Position numbers and translations under genes: made by a program | Shown: in pieces, positions 24,796-36,871 of the stretch | Numbering within the stretch: position 1 is the stretch's first letter | Layout of the letters: each line of letters opens with the position of its first letter | DNA from: Piedraia hortae CBS 480.64 | Lineage: Eukaryota | Length of the DNA stretch: 64,000 bases | Direction of reading: 5' to 3' | Assembly: GCA_010093745.1 (NCBI GenBank) | Contig: MU006021.1 | Location: 1 to 64,000 of the forward strand | The notes under the pieces: generated by a model | The model's database searches: none | Seen by the model: only the letters and a program-made list of their open reading frames with translations | Told to the model about the DNA's origin: nothing

Positions 24796-25758
24796 ATGAC
24801 AACAACCAACATGCATCACAAAACTTGGGCCAGCAAGGACGACGACGATGCGGCGAAAACGTCCACTGCGCGTAAGGTGTCCACTGGACGCATATCCATC
24901 GGCGGGGTTGCAGAAGAGAAAGGGTCGGAGAATAAGGATACTTGCGCATCAATCCTAGTTGACAACGAATCATCCGATGTGTCTAACAATGATGGCGTCA
25001 AGACGGGGGCTGCCACCGCGCCCAAAGTCAAGGAAGAGACGCAAAGGCCCAACAATCCCCCAAAGCCCCGCCGCAGCAGATCAGTGGGCAGTACCCCGGC
25101 GAAGGAGTCTAAAAAGTCCACAGTCACAACTACTAGCGCAGGAAAGCAGAACAAAGTCGTCAAGTCCAGCGCGCGTTCGAGCCAGAGCTCCAAGCCAACC
25201 CCCAAGAAAAACGCTCCTCCGCCTGCCCCTGCCCGCCCTGCTGCAGCGAGCCCAACTCCTCCCCCTCCCTCTGACGAAAAAGTTACCTGGGGCTACGTCC
25301 GCGCTCATCCCAACGAGGTGTTTCATTTCGCTCGTGGTGGTATTCTGGCCAGAGGTCCTCCTCCTCCGGATTCTGCCATCAATGTAACCATAGGACCTAC
25401 GCCACAAGATGGAAGCGGACAATACGCGCGCCGTCAGGCGCGTATACATGCAGAGAAGAACCCCACGTATGAGGAGGATGACTTTCCTGCCGTAAAATCC
25501 CTGGTCATGAAGAAGATGGGACCCGATCGCTTCCCGAAGGTAACATGGTATTATCGTGGAGCGGGATACTGGAGCCGTTCGAATGGGGATGGACACGAAG
25601 ATGAAGAAATGGCTGAAAGTCATGGCGAGGGTGAAGAGCAGGACAAAGATGAAGAAATGACTGACGCTGACGCTGACTCTGAAGAACATGAGCCCGGAGA
25701 AGACGACCAGGAGAGTGACGGTTCATCTGAAGACAGTATGCAAGTGATAGAAGGCTAG
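24796..25758 (+). CDS. Hypothetical protein (K/S/P-rich N-terminus, small aromatic core, acidic tail)
   Basis: Uninterrupted 320-aa ORF in an otherwise decayed region. Confidence 0.65.
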   Translation: MTTTNMHHKTWASKDDDDAAKTSTARKVSTGRISIGGVAEEKGSENKDTCASILVDNESSDVSNNDGVKTGAATAPKVKEETQRPNNPPKPRRSRSVGSTPAKESKKSTVTTTSAGKQNKVVKSSARSSQSSKPTPKKNAPPPAPARPAAASPTPPPPSDEKVTWGYVRAHPNEVFHFARGGILARGPPPPDSAINVTIGPTPQDGSGQYARRQARIHAEKNPTYEEDDFPAVKSLVMKKMGPDRFPKVTWYYRGAGYWSRSNGDGHEDEEMAESHGEGEEQDKDEEMTDADADSEEHEPGEDDQESDGSSEDSMQVIEG

Positions 25759-27974
25759 GCCCAAAGACGTAGTTCTTAAATAGACACTGTCCATGTCCCG
25801 CAAGCAATTATCATTATATCGTTATTCAGGAACACGTATCGTTAAGCCTGACTTTGAAGCAATATATATGGTACAGTTTCTTCTAGCAATCATGACCACC
25901 GATTTCGGAGTCAATTCTCTCCTGGTCCAAGCCGCCCTGAGATATCGGGCTATTCAATTTGAGCCTATCGTACAATCGCTGCTCCAGAGTATGGTAATTG
26001 GGCCCGACAGGGGAGTTTTGTGTATATTTCAGTCATATCGAGACAGGCAAGCGATAGGCAGACCGAGGACTGTGGCAGGTGAGGTCACTGAACGTCGGTA
26101 TCGGCACCTTCCTTGAATAGAGGAGACGACTCCATCTAATATCGCAATGTGCCACTAAGGGGCTCTATAGTCGACAAACTCAACGAGGGTTAGTGGAAAG
26201 CCAAATAGAGTCTTCCACCCCATGTCTTTCTCACCGAGTTATCGTATCTTTACTGCGGCGTCGTCCCTCAAGCACCGGCAAAAGACCAGGCAACGTTTCC
26301 TCCAAGGCGACAGAACATTTGCGAGGTTCAGGGATCTATTTGCTTCTGCCTGATTGCTAGTCTCGCAAACACAAATACATCGATTCACCGCCGCTCTCAG
26401 CTGTCGTTTATCACAGGCAAACTGGCTTGATAACGCACGAGTGCGTATGAGCGTCAGCCAAAATACATGTGCGGTCGTGCGAAAGGGCAAACCTATGGGC
26501 GAGAACAACTTGGAAAGATTTGGGGACGGAGTCACGTGCCCAGAAGCGCTTAGAGATGGGCCAAGCCTGGACGAATATGAAGGCCAAGCGTGCGACACAG
26601 GAACGATGGAAGAGGATTTTTGGACCCACGGGACGCGGAACTTCCCACTCCAAAAGGTACATGTGTACACGCGAAGGAATCTACGTTTATCAGGCTAGAT
26701 CTCGTTGCTCCAAGACATCACAGCATCTGACTTTGTGAAGGGGACTAGAGTGGAAAAGATGCCTTGGAGTTTACGGATCGCAAGCTATATACTATTCCAA
26801 TGGAGCCGCGCGTCAGGCATTGCGGTATTCAACGAGGTTGTATCGTTGGAGCTCAACTCCAGCCAATGGCTGTGCTGCCTGTGCCTATGGTCGAAGTTTA
26901 AAGTGATCTAGCGTTCCATCGGACAGCAGATTGAGCAGCATGTAGCATTGGGAAGACAAAGCGACAAAAGCCTGCAAGACAGACCAACGAAGAGCCGAGA
27001 CACAAGAGCGATAAGCAGTCGGTCAAACAGTCGACCTGCCTCATCCCCCCTCTTTATGGCGTACCTTCATATTGTGGAAGACGCCATCCTGGACCAGAAT
27101 GCCAAAATACCATAGATAAGCGGTGTCCGAAAGTTCGGAAATCTTAAAGATGAGACAGGGCAAGGAAATCCAGGACCGCCGTTAAAAAGCCCACTCCGGC
27201 AACGGCCGGTCCTGCCATTAGCATCAATGGCCGGCCTGCCACTCAAACCCCAAATGAGGCCAACAAGGAGTCAGAGCAACGAATATCCAAACGCAAAAGG
27301 GATAAACAGCCCGAGACATCCCAAAGACAGTACAACACAAGCAGCATGGACCCAGCTTGCAGCCGTCCAAAGGACACCAGGGAGCGGAGAGGCCCGTACT
27401 CTTCCGCCTTTCCAAAGAGAAACGCCAGGCCCTCGCGGAAATACGTGCGGCGCTATACGTAAAGGTTCCCAACCGAGCTTGAACCGCGGACAACGCATAG
27501 CAGGCCAGTCTACGCGAATCGCTTGCGTTCTTGGGTCCTGCGGGTGTGAACACTATCACAGCCGTAGCCAACTCGTACGTGGTGATGACAGTGAGATGGA
27601 AGTTGTGGTGTATGAATTCGGCGTGGTTATGTCCTAGACGCACGCGAATCAGGTGTGTCTAGGGTGTTATGAACATCGAGTTTCTTCGCACAGCATGCAA
27701 TAATGGCAACAACTTCAAGCAATGGTGAAAGCCGCCCGTTATATCTAGCCACGCACTACGTTGCTGGGCGCATGGTGTTTGTGTCTGCGAGCACCATCAC
27801 CGACAAGATTTCCCATCGGTCGGTCATTGAGGCAACGGAAACACCGCAGAGTGCCTTATCGCAAAACCAGCCCGACCTCTAAGCTGACTGTTTAGGATAG
27901 GATACAGAATGATGACACAGCCCCGTGTGTATTGTACATCACCAGCTACACACCTGGTGGAGCAGCTGGACACC

Positions 27975-28226
27975 CTCACCATTGCCGTATAATCCGACGG
28001 ATCTCTTTCGAATTCAGGGGCTGGGTACGGTTATGTCGTGTATAGAGGGGAGGAAAAACTTGTTTCTGGCTCCGGCGCTGCAGGGGCCAAGTCTGAGATC
28101 AGGGCCAGCGCGAGCCACGCCTTCCATTTCCTGCGCGACCAGTGGTTGAATAAGGGTGGCATTTGGGTCCCATCACTGATGGAATTTCCCTGGATACCTG
28201 GCCATGAAGACATTCGAGGGAACTAG
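27975..28226 (+). mobile_element. Degenerate RNase H of a non-LTR retrotransposon (Tad1-like LINE)
   Basis: IAV*SDGSLSNSGAGYGYVVYRG ... WIPGHEDIRGN*; internally deleted, with stops. Confidence 0.7.
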
Positions 28227-28593
28227 GAGACTGTTCAGTGTACAGCATCTGTGTGATCGCGATTGCGGCGTGATGGAGTCTTCCTCGGCACGTCAAAGGG
28301 AACACGAGACGATCTATGGGTGCGTATGGTTTCACGCACCGGAAAGCTGGTCCACCCGTTGAATAAACTGAAACTCCATCGCTCTTGCGTATGATGAAAT
28401 GCATATAATTTAAGCCTAAACTGGGCTTGGAAGCACCCTTGGTGATTAAATGTATGGTATGTGCATGCTACAAAGTGTGATATACTGCATAGTTAGACGT
28501 TTGATCTGCACCACGAAGTTATCAATACAACTTCAATTGAACGTATTACCTTAACTTTTAACCATAGATGAGTAAGGTCATGCAAGTGTCATA

Positions 28594-28800
28594 GTGACGT
28601 CAGAATCGCATCGAACGGAGACTTTCTAGTAATGTCCAGCATCGTGTCGTCGAAAACACGTCGAAAACACGTCAATCTAATACGTCTCGGTCACGTCCCG
28701 AATTCTGACGTCCGAATGGCGTCCTCTGGAACTCCAGCTCGAATTTTTGGACGTCATTCTGACGAATTTACTCAAATGACGTTCGGGGAAGCTGGGCGTG
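28594..28800 (-). repeat. ACGTC motif cluster ending in a CAC-type terminus (possible CACTA-like end)
   Basis: Repeated (G/C/T)ACGTC, a tandem gtcgaaaacac, and attctgacg in both orientations; minus strand reads TA|CACGCCCAGC at 28800. Confidence 0.45.
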
Positions 28801-29108
28801 TATAGTTGAGAGTGGATGCCTGAATGGTGATATCACATCGTGAACTTTGAATTCAAGCTTCTCAAATTTAATAAATGTACCCGAGCCCAGAAATCGCACG
28901 GCAAAATCTGAACATGTGTCCGGAGCGGTTAACCATAAAAGTAGCACACCATGTCTTCACAATTCAAAAACTCGCCAGGAAAACATTATCAAATAGCCAT
29001 TCGTTAAAAATATGTCATTATTCTATAACTATTGAAACTCATAACCCAAACAACTCCCCGCTAAGTAAAAAAAAATGCAATACCAGGGTATAACACTTTC
29101 CCTCCAAA

Positions 29109-32100
29109 TCAAACTGCAGAAGACCTCTTTGAACCTCCACGTTTGGTAAAACTCCTTCTCATGCTCGCGCCCCAAGCGCTATTCTGGAAAAAGTCTCCGA
29201 TTTCGCTAACGGAGCTATTCGAACGGGAGCGATTGAGCGAGGCCGCTTCGGGGGAGAGGCTGTTTATCGGAGAAGGAGACCCCTGTTGCTGATTTATGGC
29301 GGCTGCGAGGTACCAGGATAAAGGTGTGCCGTCAGCAGACCGCGGGGTCGGACGATTAGGCGGCGTGCGCGGTGACGGCGGCCGTTCGGGCAACGGGAAC
29401 GAGTTCCTGTTCCTCCTTGGCGAGCGCGCGACGCTGACCATCGGCCCCAGGCTGTCGGCCGTGTCGGACGCGACGTAGTCGATCGGAGTGGCCAGGACGG
29501 AAGAGGGCAATGAGTCGTCTATTCGGTCACCGTCGGTGTGGTTGCTGGCGTGGTCACTGTCACTGTCGCCGTAGACAACGATCTCGGGCACGTCAAGCTG
29601 CGGCGGACAAGTCATGCGGCGCGAGGACGTGTGGTGGCGGAGGCGATGCATCCAGTACAGCATTGCGAAGAACCCGGATACGGTATTGCGGGAGACATCT
29701 TGGCGCAACAGTTTCATTCGCGCGCGACGCCGCAGAGCTTCGTCCAGCTTCAGGCTTTTGGTGTCGTCTATGATCTTGTAATGGGCGAGGATCAAGAGGA
29801 GATCACCAAAGGCTATTCCCTTCTCCCGGTCGGCCTGCTGCAGCACGTCTTCGTAGAACAGGTTCTTACGCGCCCTCCGCTCGCGCACTTTGGCAATGGG
29901 GAGGTCGGCAAGGCGGCGGTTCAGCTTTGCAAGGTCAATATCCGCGCTTTGCTGCCGGCCCGGCAGGCCCAGGGAAGAGCCTCGCGGAGGAGATACGGCG
30001 CAGTCCTCGCGAAGGGCACGCAGGGTGAAGTCCCCGTCGTAGATCCTCATGTCGAAAAGACCCGACAGCTCGCCCAGCAGCCTCGGAAACTGTTCCTTGG
30101 AGATGAAGCCCTTGCCGTCCGGGTCAAATACGGCCCAGGCTTCCTTGTACCGCCGAATCTCATCCCTGCTGACGATACTCATGCCGCTGCCCCGCTGATA
30201 CACGTACGAAAAGCTTTCGTAGATGAGCGAGATAAATAGATTCACGAAAATGTACATGCTCAGAATGTTCCAGCTGATGAACAGCACGTAGGCCAACTCC
30301 TTGCTTCCGCAGTCGTCGCTGAACAGCGTGTTCGACGGACGTGTGCAGCGCGGTGCTGTGATGTTTGCATAGTCTTGCATGACCTGGTTCCAGCCCTCGC
30401 CCATGGATATCCGGAAAAGCAAGATGAGGGCTTTAGGCACGGTTCGGAAGTTGATGTTGCCGTCCTCCCCCGGCCCAAATCGTGTCAAGCCAAAGGCTTG
30501 CGTGAGGGCAATGGCATAGGTGAGAAATAGGACAAACCAAGTTGCCATCAGATTGGTGATGGCGCCGAGAGACGCCGCACCGGTTTTGAACAGCTGGTCG
30601 AGTTGGCTGTTTCGGGGGATCAGCAGTAGGGCGATGGAGACGAGGAACAGGTTGTGCACCATCCGGTGGCTATGGTTCCGGTCCTTGGTTACCTCCAATG
30701 CCGTCGTGACGAACATGCCACCGATGGAAAAAAGGGAGTAGAGGTCCCATGCACTTCTGCGGAAGCGGGTCCAGGTAAGACCGATGATGCGGATGGCGAC
30801 GTTGGTCAGGTAGAGCAAGGAAAAGGCGAGGAAGATCCAGTTCCTGTATATTGGCCATGAGGACTTGTCCGGGTACCACTCCAGACAGAGTAGTATAAGG
30901 TGGGCCACGAGCACGGTAGTTACCATCCTCTGCCAGTAGCCTCTCTTCGTTTTGGCTCTACGATAGCACCATTCCTGCCAGCTACTACGCTTCCTGCTCT
31001 GGTTCGGCCTCTTGCTAGGCGACACTTGCTTGAGCATCTTCCGCAGTTCCAGCCAGCTGCGTTGATCCTTTGTCAGGAACGCAACGCCCGTCTGCTCGGT
31101 GAAGCTGCGCATGAAGACGGAGACGAACAGGGTAAGCACGAAGACGGTGCCCATCAGGTTGAAGACAACGAAAAAGACGGAATTCCCCTGAGATGCAAAG
31201 GCGCTGGGCATGGTGAAGACGCCGGTGATGGCCATTGCGCTTTCCATGGCATCTACCCAACCCTCTTGCGAGACGATCTGGAAGAGGGTGAAGAGGGAGT
31301 TGCCAAACGAGTCGAAATTTGCAAACGAGTTGGTCACCACGGCCGGAGCCAGGACGTCCCAATTGAAGGGGGAGACGACGACTTCGTTGACGCAGTCGGT
31401 GAGGTTCGCCATCGTTCGCGGACCCATTGGGGGGCCGACGTTGGGCAGCCGGTCGTTGCAATACTGCATCCTGCCGGCAAAGAGGTTGAGGCCATATATG
31501 GCAAAGGGGATCAGCAGACTCAGCGAAACAAACGCTGCCGACACGACTTTTATACCACCGAGCACGATGATTGAATGGAACGTGTCCATGGCGTTGTCGC
31601 TCACGTTGAGCAGCCGAAGGGCCCTCAGCGCCTTAACCGCGCTGACCGCCCTCGAACCGTACAGAGGGTCGACATAGGCACAGATAACGTCGGCCCAGAG
31701 CGTGATCAGGACAACGCCGTCGATGATGCTCCACAGACTTCGGAAATAAGCGTTGGGAGTCCAGAAGAAGCCGTCGGCGATGACTTTGATGGCCGATTCC
31801 AGCGTGAACAGGGCGGCAAAGCCCATGTCGCACCACAGGAACCAGTTGGCCGCCGACCTGTAGCGAGCCGAGTCGGTGCTGATACCGTGACGTTTAAAGT
31901 ACTCTTTCTGGTACAGGGGCGTGGCAATGCAGGCGAGGACGACCATGGACACGATGGCGGCGTAGATGAAGATGTTGAACGCGTACCAGAGCGGAGGGCT
32001 TGGCTCCACACCGTCGATTCGCTTGTCGCCCCAGGGCCGCTCTACGATCCTCTGGCACAGTCTACGCACCGGGTTGTCGGGCTTGAAAATGAAGAGGGTT

Positions 32101-35100
32101 GTGTTGTACCCCGGGTGTCTTCTCAGATACTCTCCCTGCGTGTCTTTCCTCTGTTTGGTAGCCTTCATGACCTCCTTGATTAGCGTGTCCGAATCCACTT
32201 CGCGATCCGCCGTGCCGATTTGGATTTGCGAATGGAAAGGGTTGGGCTCACGGTCCGTGACCTTCTTTATCCACTCCTTAGCCCGATCCACCCAGCTATG
32301 AGACTTTTCCGATTGGAACGTGGCCGAGCGGTTGATGCCTCCACCATTATCACCCTTTGCTTCGTTGGCCATAAAGGACTCGATGATCTCCTTGAGGTCC
32401 TTGAGCAGCGGTTCCTTAAACGTACTGCCATACGCCTGCGGATCCTGACGCCGAGTCTTGCCGAATTTGAAGATGTTGCCTAGCGCCAGCGAATTGGAGC
32501 TGCTGCGACCAAGGTCCCTTTGTTGCAGAAACAACCTAATCTGCTGGAGGCGCTTTTGGTCTTCGCTAATTTCAAAATTCTCTTGGATAACGGCAATAAA
32601 CATGTTAAGGACGATGAAGAAGGCCAGCGTGAACCAGAGGATAAAGAAGATGGCCGCGATCCAGGCAGTGTGCCACTCGGCTTGGAGTCGAGTCACGTTG
32701 AAGACAACCGTCGTCCAGTTCTCCGACGATAGTATCTGGTACATGCCCAGGAACGAGTTATAGATATCATTGAACGGAACCTGGATCGTGTTCCCATCCG
32801 AGTCTTGACTGGGCAGTTCGCCGCGGAAAAGCTCGCTGGCGAAGATGGAGGCCAGAAAGGTGATGAGGAAGACGAAGAGGATCAGATTCAGCACACCGGA
32901 TACATGGCGTAGCACCAGCGTCAAGAGGTCTCTGGTGATGCTGATGGCCAAGACAACACGGTAGATACGTAGAATCTGGAAGATGGTGAGCCAGTCGTAT
33001 GCCCTTGTACGGGGTATGGGCGGTATCTGGATGATGACCGTGATGATGACAAGGCCGAGGTCGACCAAGTTCCGCCGATCGCGATGGAAGTTACGCCAGT
33101 CGGCAATAAAACGGAGGAGGATCTCCACCAGGAGGAGCAGAGTCACCACCAGCTCGGTGATGTAGATGAGGCGTTTCATCGGCAGAGAGTTGTACGCCGT
33201 GCGTAGGCACTGGACCACAAGACCGTAGATGATGAGCCCGATCCACGCCCAATAACTCTTTTCGTAGATCTGCTGGGCCACACTGGCGCGACGGCGAGCC
33301 GGAAAATTGTCTTCCTCGCCTTGGTGCAAGTCGTTTTCCCCTTCGTTGTCGGGCTCAACCTCCTCCGTCCCAAACGCGCTGCTTCTGCTCTCTTCCCGGA
33401 TGATGTGGAACGAGGTCGTGATGACCGCAATCAGCAGGTTGATCAACCACAGCGTCAGGATGACGATGGCAAACGCGAAGAACATGGCGGCCAAGAGGTA
33501 GTCGGACTGGGTGAGGTAGTACATAAAGTCAGAGTACGTGTTCCCCGTCATGACCACAAAAATCATCTCGACGCTCTGGAGTATGTTGTCGAAGCCGACG
33601 GTTCCGTTGTACGGGTTGTCGCCCTCTACGCAGACGCTGTTTACCGGACAATAATACCCCTTGGGCGATGAAGCCCCCAAGACCCCTTTGGCTGTGACCC
33701 AGGGAATCACGCTTTTGTTCGGCGCGATCCATCCTCCGCAGAACTGGAACTGCGCGATGCCGTTGGATGCCCATTCGGACTCGTTTGGGTAGATGCTGCT
33801 CTGCCAGTTCCACACACACGTACGGCGCAGGCTGCTTTTGAACGACTGCAAGCCGATGATGGCAAAGAGCAGCCAGAAGAAGCCGATGAGGAGCGCTATG
33901 TGAAGCAGCATGGGCGCTGCCCGCTTGAGGCTGCGCAGGATGACTGTTGTGCCGCCTGTTATGTTAAGGAGGCGTAATATTCGCAGGCACGAGAGCATGC
34001 GGAACACGTTAATATGGTGAGCGGCTTCTGTGCCGGAAAACGAAAACGAAAAGTGGATCCAAAAACTAACGACTGCCAAGAAATCAAGGCGATTGAAGCT
34101 GTGACGGAGAAATGCACGGTGGGCCAAACGATACTGTTGAGCTTGTCGGCTGTTCCCGAGCACTTTCCCCTCGGGTCCTTGGATTATCATGGTTTCCAAC
34201 GGCCCGGCTGTGAAGGCCCTCAGCAAGCCGGGCTGCACCGACTGCCTCACCCTGCGGTCTGATTCTGTGGGTTGACGATGCAAGGAGAATAACTCGTTTG
34301 CCTTTCTCGAAAGCGCCTTCCATACCCCGACGCTGCGGTCGATGGTGCTGTACTCCTTTGGATTGAAGATGAAGCCGCTGACGAGGATTTTGATGATAGC
34401 TTCGAACGTGTAAATGACAAATATGCCGAGCAGTGCCCAGTCCATCTTAGTGTCTCCCCATTTTTGCGGCCGCTTAGGCTGGTCAGAGACGTCTTTTGCG
34501 CTGTTGACAGCCAAAAGAATGGTTTGCAGAACTATTAGGAGAAGTATAAAGGGCTCGAAGAAGGGATCTACTAGCAAGTCGAGGAGGCGTCGTCGAACGG
34601 TGGAATGGCTGGACAGGAAGCCCAGGGATTTGCCGCGTAGGGGGTTAGGGAATGCTGCAGAAATTTCCTGGGCCGATGTAGTGTATGGAACCTTGCTCTC
34701 TTCGGTACGGGGCTCCGGGGCTTGAGCGGGTAGTTCATCCTGGCTGGGGATCGAGGGCAGCGGAGGCACTGAAGGTATGCTATGGGGCCGTACAGAGGTT
34801 CTCCGGTTAATTTCCCGCTCCGCCACGTCCGATTCGTTTGAAATATTGACCACACGCTGTGACATTTTCCGGAATATCGTGCCGGTGCGTCCCAGGGTGG
34901 AGGTTCCCATGGGTGAAAGGGAACGTTTCCGGCCGAGATGGACGCGATCAACTCCAGTGGCATAGAAAGCAGCCTCTGGATCCCGCAGATCGTCACCCAG
35001 CCTGGTTCTCCTGATTGTACCGGGTACGGAGTGCACCGCAGCCGGTTTGCCCAAGCGGCCTCTGTTGAACCTGGGCGGTGGCGCAGGAACTGTCAAAGGC

Positions 35101-35645
35101 ATGAGATCCTCTTCACCCTGCTCCTGGCCAAGAGGCAGCTCCGGGGGATCGTAGAGGTTGATAGGCATCATAACGTCGTCTGAACTGACCGGAGACCGCA
35201 GCCTTGGGCCCGACGGCCCAAAGTCGGGCGACTCTGGGGGCGTGTTCTGTACTGATCCGCCGTCTGATCCGTCTTCTACGTACGGGCTGCGCGAGAGTCC
35301 CGCAAATGGTGGCGTCTCCCTACCTGTTCTCCAGTCCGATCCCGGCGTCAGCAGCTCCGCGCCGGCGTCCTTGGAGTCAATCTGCTCCAGCGGCTGCATC
35401 CGCGACGCGCTCCCCGGCCGCCATGCCGGCATTGCCCGCAGCCCTTCGTCCAAAGGCGCATATTTCCTGCCGTCTCTGGATCGCTTCCGCGGGAAGATGC
35501 GCCCGCTGAGGGACGGGGTGTGACGGCCGACACGATAACTGGTACCCGACACGTCCGCGCTCCGTCTGCTCTCCGCGCCCTCGTCGTCAAGCTCCTGTAG
35601 GGGAATTCCGTAGTCTTCTGAATGGTCGCGTCGATGCGCTGCCAT
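29109..35645 (-). CDS. CCH1: Calcium channel alpha subunit Cch1
   Basis: 2178 aa, four 6-TM repeats, basic S4 segments, pore loops TGNTY/SENW/QEGW/GEGW (N-E-E-E), EF-hand-like FDPDGKGFIS. Confidence 0.97.
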   Translation of the reverse strand: MAAHRRDHSEDYGIPLQELDDEGAESRRSADVSGTSYRVGRHTPSLSGRIFPRKRSRDGRKYAPLDEGLRAMPAWRPGSASRMQPLEQIDSKDAGAELLTPGSDWRTGRETPPFAGLSRSPYVEDGSDGGSVQNTPPESPDFGPSGPRLRSPVSSDDVMMPINLYDPPELPLGQEQGEEDLMPLTVPAPPPRFNRGRLGKPAAVHSVPGTIRRTRLGDDLRDPEAAFYATGVDRVHLGRKRSLSPMGTSTLGRTGTIFRKMSQRVVNISNESDVAEREINRRTSVRPHSIPSVPPLPSIPSQDELPAQAPEPRTEESKVPYTTSAQEISAAFPNPLRGKSLGFLSSHSTVRRRLLDLLVDPFFEPFILLLIVLQTILLAVNSAKDVSDQPKRPQKWGDTKMDWALLGIFVIYTFEAIIKILVSGFIFNPKEYSTIDRSVGVWKALSRKANELFSLHRQPTESDRRVRQSVQPGLLRAFTAGPLETMIIQGPEGKVLGNSRQAQQYRLAHRAFLRHSFNRLDFLAVVSFWIHFSFSFSGTEAAHHINVFRMLSCLRILRLLNITGGTTVILRSLKRAAPMLLHIALLIGFFWLLFAIIGLQSFKSSLRRTCVWNWQSSIYPNESEWASNGIAQFQFCGGWIAPNKSVIPWVTAKGVLGASSPKGYYCPVNSVCVEGDNPYNGTVGFDNILQSVEMIFVVMTGNTYSDFMYYLTQSDYLLAAMFFAFAIVILTLWLINLLIAVITTSFHIIREESRSSAFGTEEVEPDNEGENDLHQGEEDNFPARRRASVAQQIYEKSYWAWIGLIIYGLVVQCLRTAYNSLPMKRLIYITELVVTLLLLVEILLRFIADWRNFHRDRRNLVDLGLVIITVIIQIPPIPRTRAYDWLTIFQILRIYRVVLAISITRDLLTLVLRHVSGVLNLILFVFLITFLASIFASELFRGELPSQDSDGNTIQVPFNDIYNSFLGMYQILSSENWTTVVFNVTRLQAEWHTAWIAAIFFILWFTLAFFIVLNMFIAVIQENFEISEDQKRLQQIRLFLQQRDLGRSSSNSLALGNIFKFGKTRRQDPQAYGSTFKEPLLKDLKEIIESFMANEAKGDNGGGINRSATFQSEKSHSWVDRAKEWIKKVTDREPNPFHSQIQIGTADREVDSDTLIKEVMKATKQRKDTQGEYLRRHPGYNTTLFIFKPDNPVRRLCQRIVERPWGDKRIDGVEPSPPLWYAFNIFIYAAIVSMVVLACIATPLYQKEYFKRHGISTDSARYRSAANWFLWCDMGFAALFTLESAIKVIADGFFWTPNAYFRSLWSIIDGVVLITLWADVICAYVDPLYGSRAVSAVKALRALRLLNVSDNAMDTFHSIIVLGGIKVVSAAFVSLSLLIPFAIYGLNLFAGRMQYCNDRLPNVGPPMGPRTMANLTDCVNEVVVSPFNWDVLAPAVVTNSFANFDSFGNSLFTLFQIVSQEGWVDAMESAMAITGVFTMPSAFASQGNSVFFVVFNLMGTVFVLTLFVSVFMRSFTEQTGVAFLTKDQRSWLELRKMLKQVSPSKRPNQSRKRSSWQEWCYRRAKTKRGYWQRMVTTVLVAHLILLCLEWYPDKSSWPIYRNWIFLAFSLLYLTNVAIRIIGLTWTRFRRSAWDLYSLFSIGGMFVTTALEVTKDRNHSHRMVHNLFLVSIALLLIPRNSQLDQLFKTGAASLGAITNLMATWFVLFLTYAIALTQAFGLTRFGPGEDGNINFRTVPKALILLFRISMGEGWNQVMQDYANITAPRCTRPSNTLFSDDCGSKELAYVLFISWNILSMYIFVNLFISLIYESFSYVYQRGSGMSIVSRDEIRRYKEAWAVFDPDGKGFISKEQFPRLLGELSGLFDMRIYDGDFTLRALREDCAVSPPRGSSLGLPGRQQSADIDLAKLNRRLADLPIAKVRERRARKNLFYEDVLQQADREKGIAFGDLLLILAHYKIIDDTKSLKLDEALRRRARMKLLRQDVSRNTVSGFFAMLYWMHRLRHHTSSRRMTCPPQLDVPEIVVYGDSDSDHASNHTDGDRIDDSLPSSVLATPIDYVASDTADSLGPMVSVARSPRRNRNSFPLPERPPSPRTPPNRPTPRSADGTPLSWYLAAAINQQQGSPSPINSLSPEAASLNRSRSNSSVSEIGDFFQNSAWGASMRRSFTKRGGSKRSSAV

Positions 35646-36871
35646 TGAGTTCAGCGGCCGGCGCTGCGCTCTATTCGCAGTCTTAGGTCATGTATCGGCA
35701 TTGATCTCCGCTTCTAGGTTTGGCAAGTTGAGATGGATCCTTGAAATTCCTTCGGTTCATATTCTAGCCCTATTGCGCCCGCTGTAGGCTGCTGAGCCAT
35801 CAGATGTCGGTTTGCCCGGCCCGTCCCGCTGGTCCCTCTTACCCGATGCGGCTTGGCGCTGCGCACTCCCGACGACGGCCCGGACCTTGTGCCCCGGTAA
35901 AGCTCAGCCTTGATCCCGCAAGCATTCTTTTTCTGGAAACATAGCGTTGAGGCGTTCACGTAATGCGCCTCATGACGACAACTGTCTCCTGCTATCGCGG
36001 TGTCATGGTGAAATTGCCCTATGATACCCCTTGTCTGCTTGCTATCTTCGGTGCAGCAAATAGAAAGCGCAACTCAGCCTGTCAGGGCTTGGCATGGGTT
36101 CGCAATCAATGCAATGTTTTGTGCAGCAGGTTGATCGTGTCATCACGCGTGGGGATGTGCTTCCGAGCCCAACGAGATTAGCTACATTCTATCATTGACA
36201 CCGCTTACGATAAGCATGGCTGAATACCTGCGGTGTTACAGATGTTTCATGTTGGGCTCTCGTTGCTTGCTATGCGTATACCTATTCTAAATACTTGATA
36301 GGTAGAGTACCCCGAGGCTGTGCATTTTCTGCTCGAGACCAGTCCCTCTGATGCCTTCGGCAAGTTACATAAGATATCCGGAAAGGTATTCACAGAACTA
36401 ACGTGCATTATGCATGTAAGCCGAACGGCAGTGTCAAGAAGCAGCCTCTCTCGAACCTTGAGGTGTTGAGGGGGCTTGAACACGTAGAGCATTCGCATGC
36501 AAACTTCGCATCTCTGGTCAAGTGCTTGGCAAGATGGTCGCCGTTTCAGATAAACGTGATCCGCGTATGATAACAACCTGTAGGAGTTGCAGCTGGACCC
36601 ACAAGCGGAATTGTTACCATCGGAGATAAAGATGGAAATGCTGCATTCCCATGCTTATATCCTGCGGTCACTCCAATCGTTGAACTATGTCATATTTTCC
36701 ATTGTTGAGACGTCCGTCTGTGCATTTTCACAAGGGTTACACCTTGAATTCGTGAGAAAGCGTTTGCCAAGCCACGCAATCAACGTGATAATGTCAATGG
36801 CAACGAACTTTGTGCAAATTCTTCCATACACACTGAAATAACGAAGCTAAACTGATTACTAATAACCTGTC

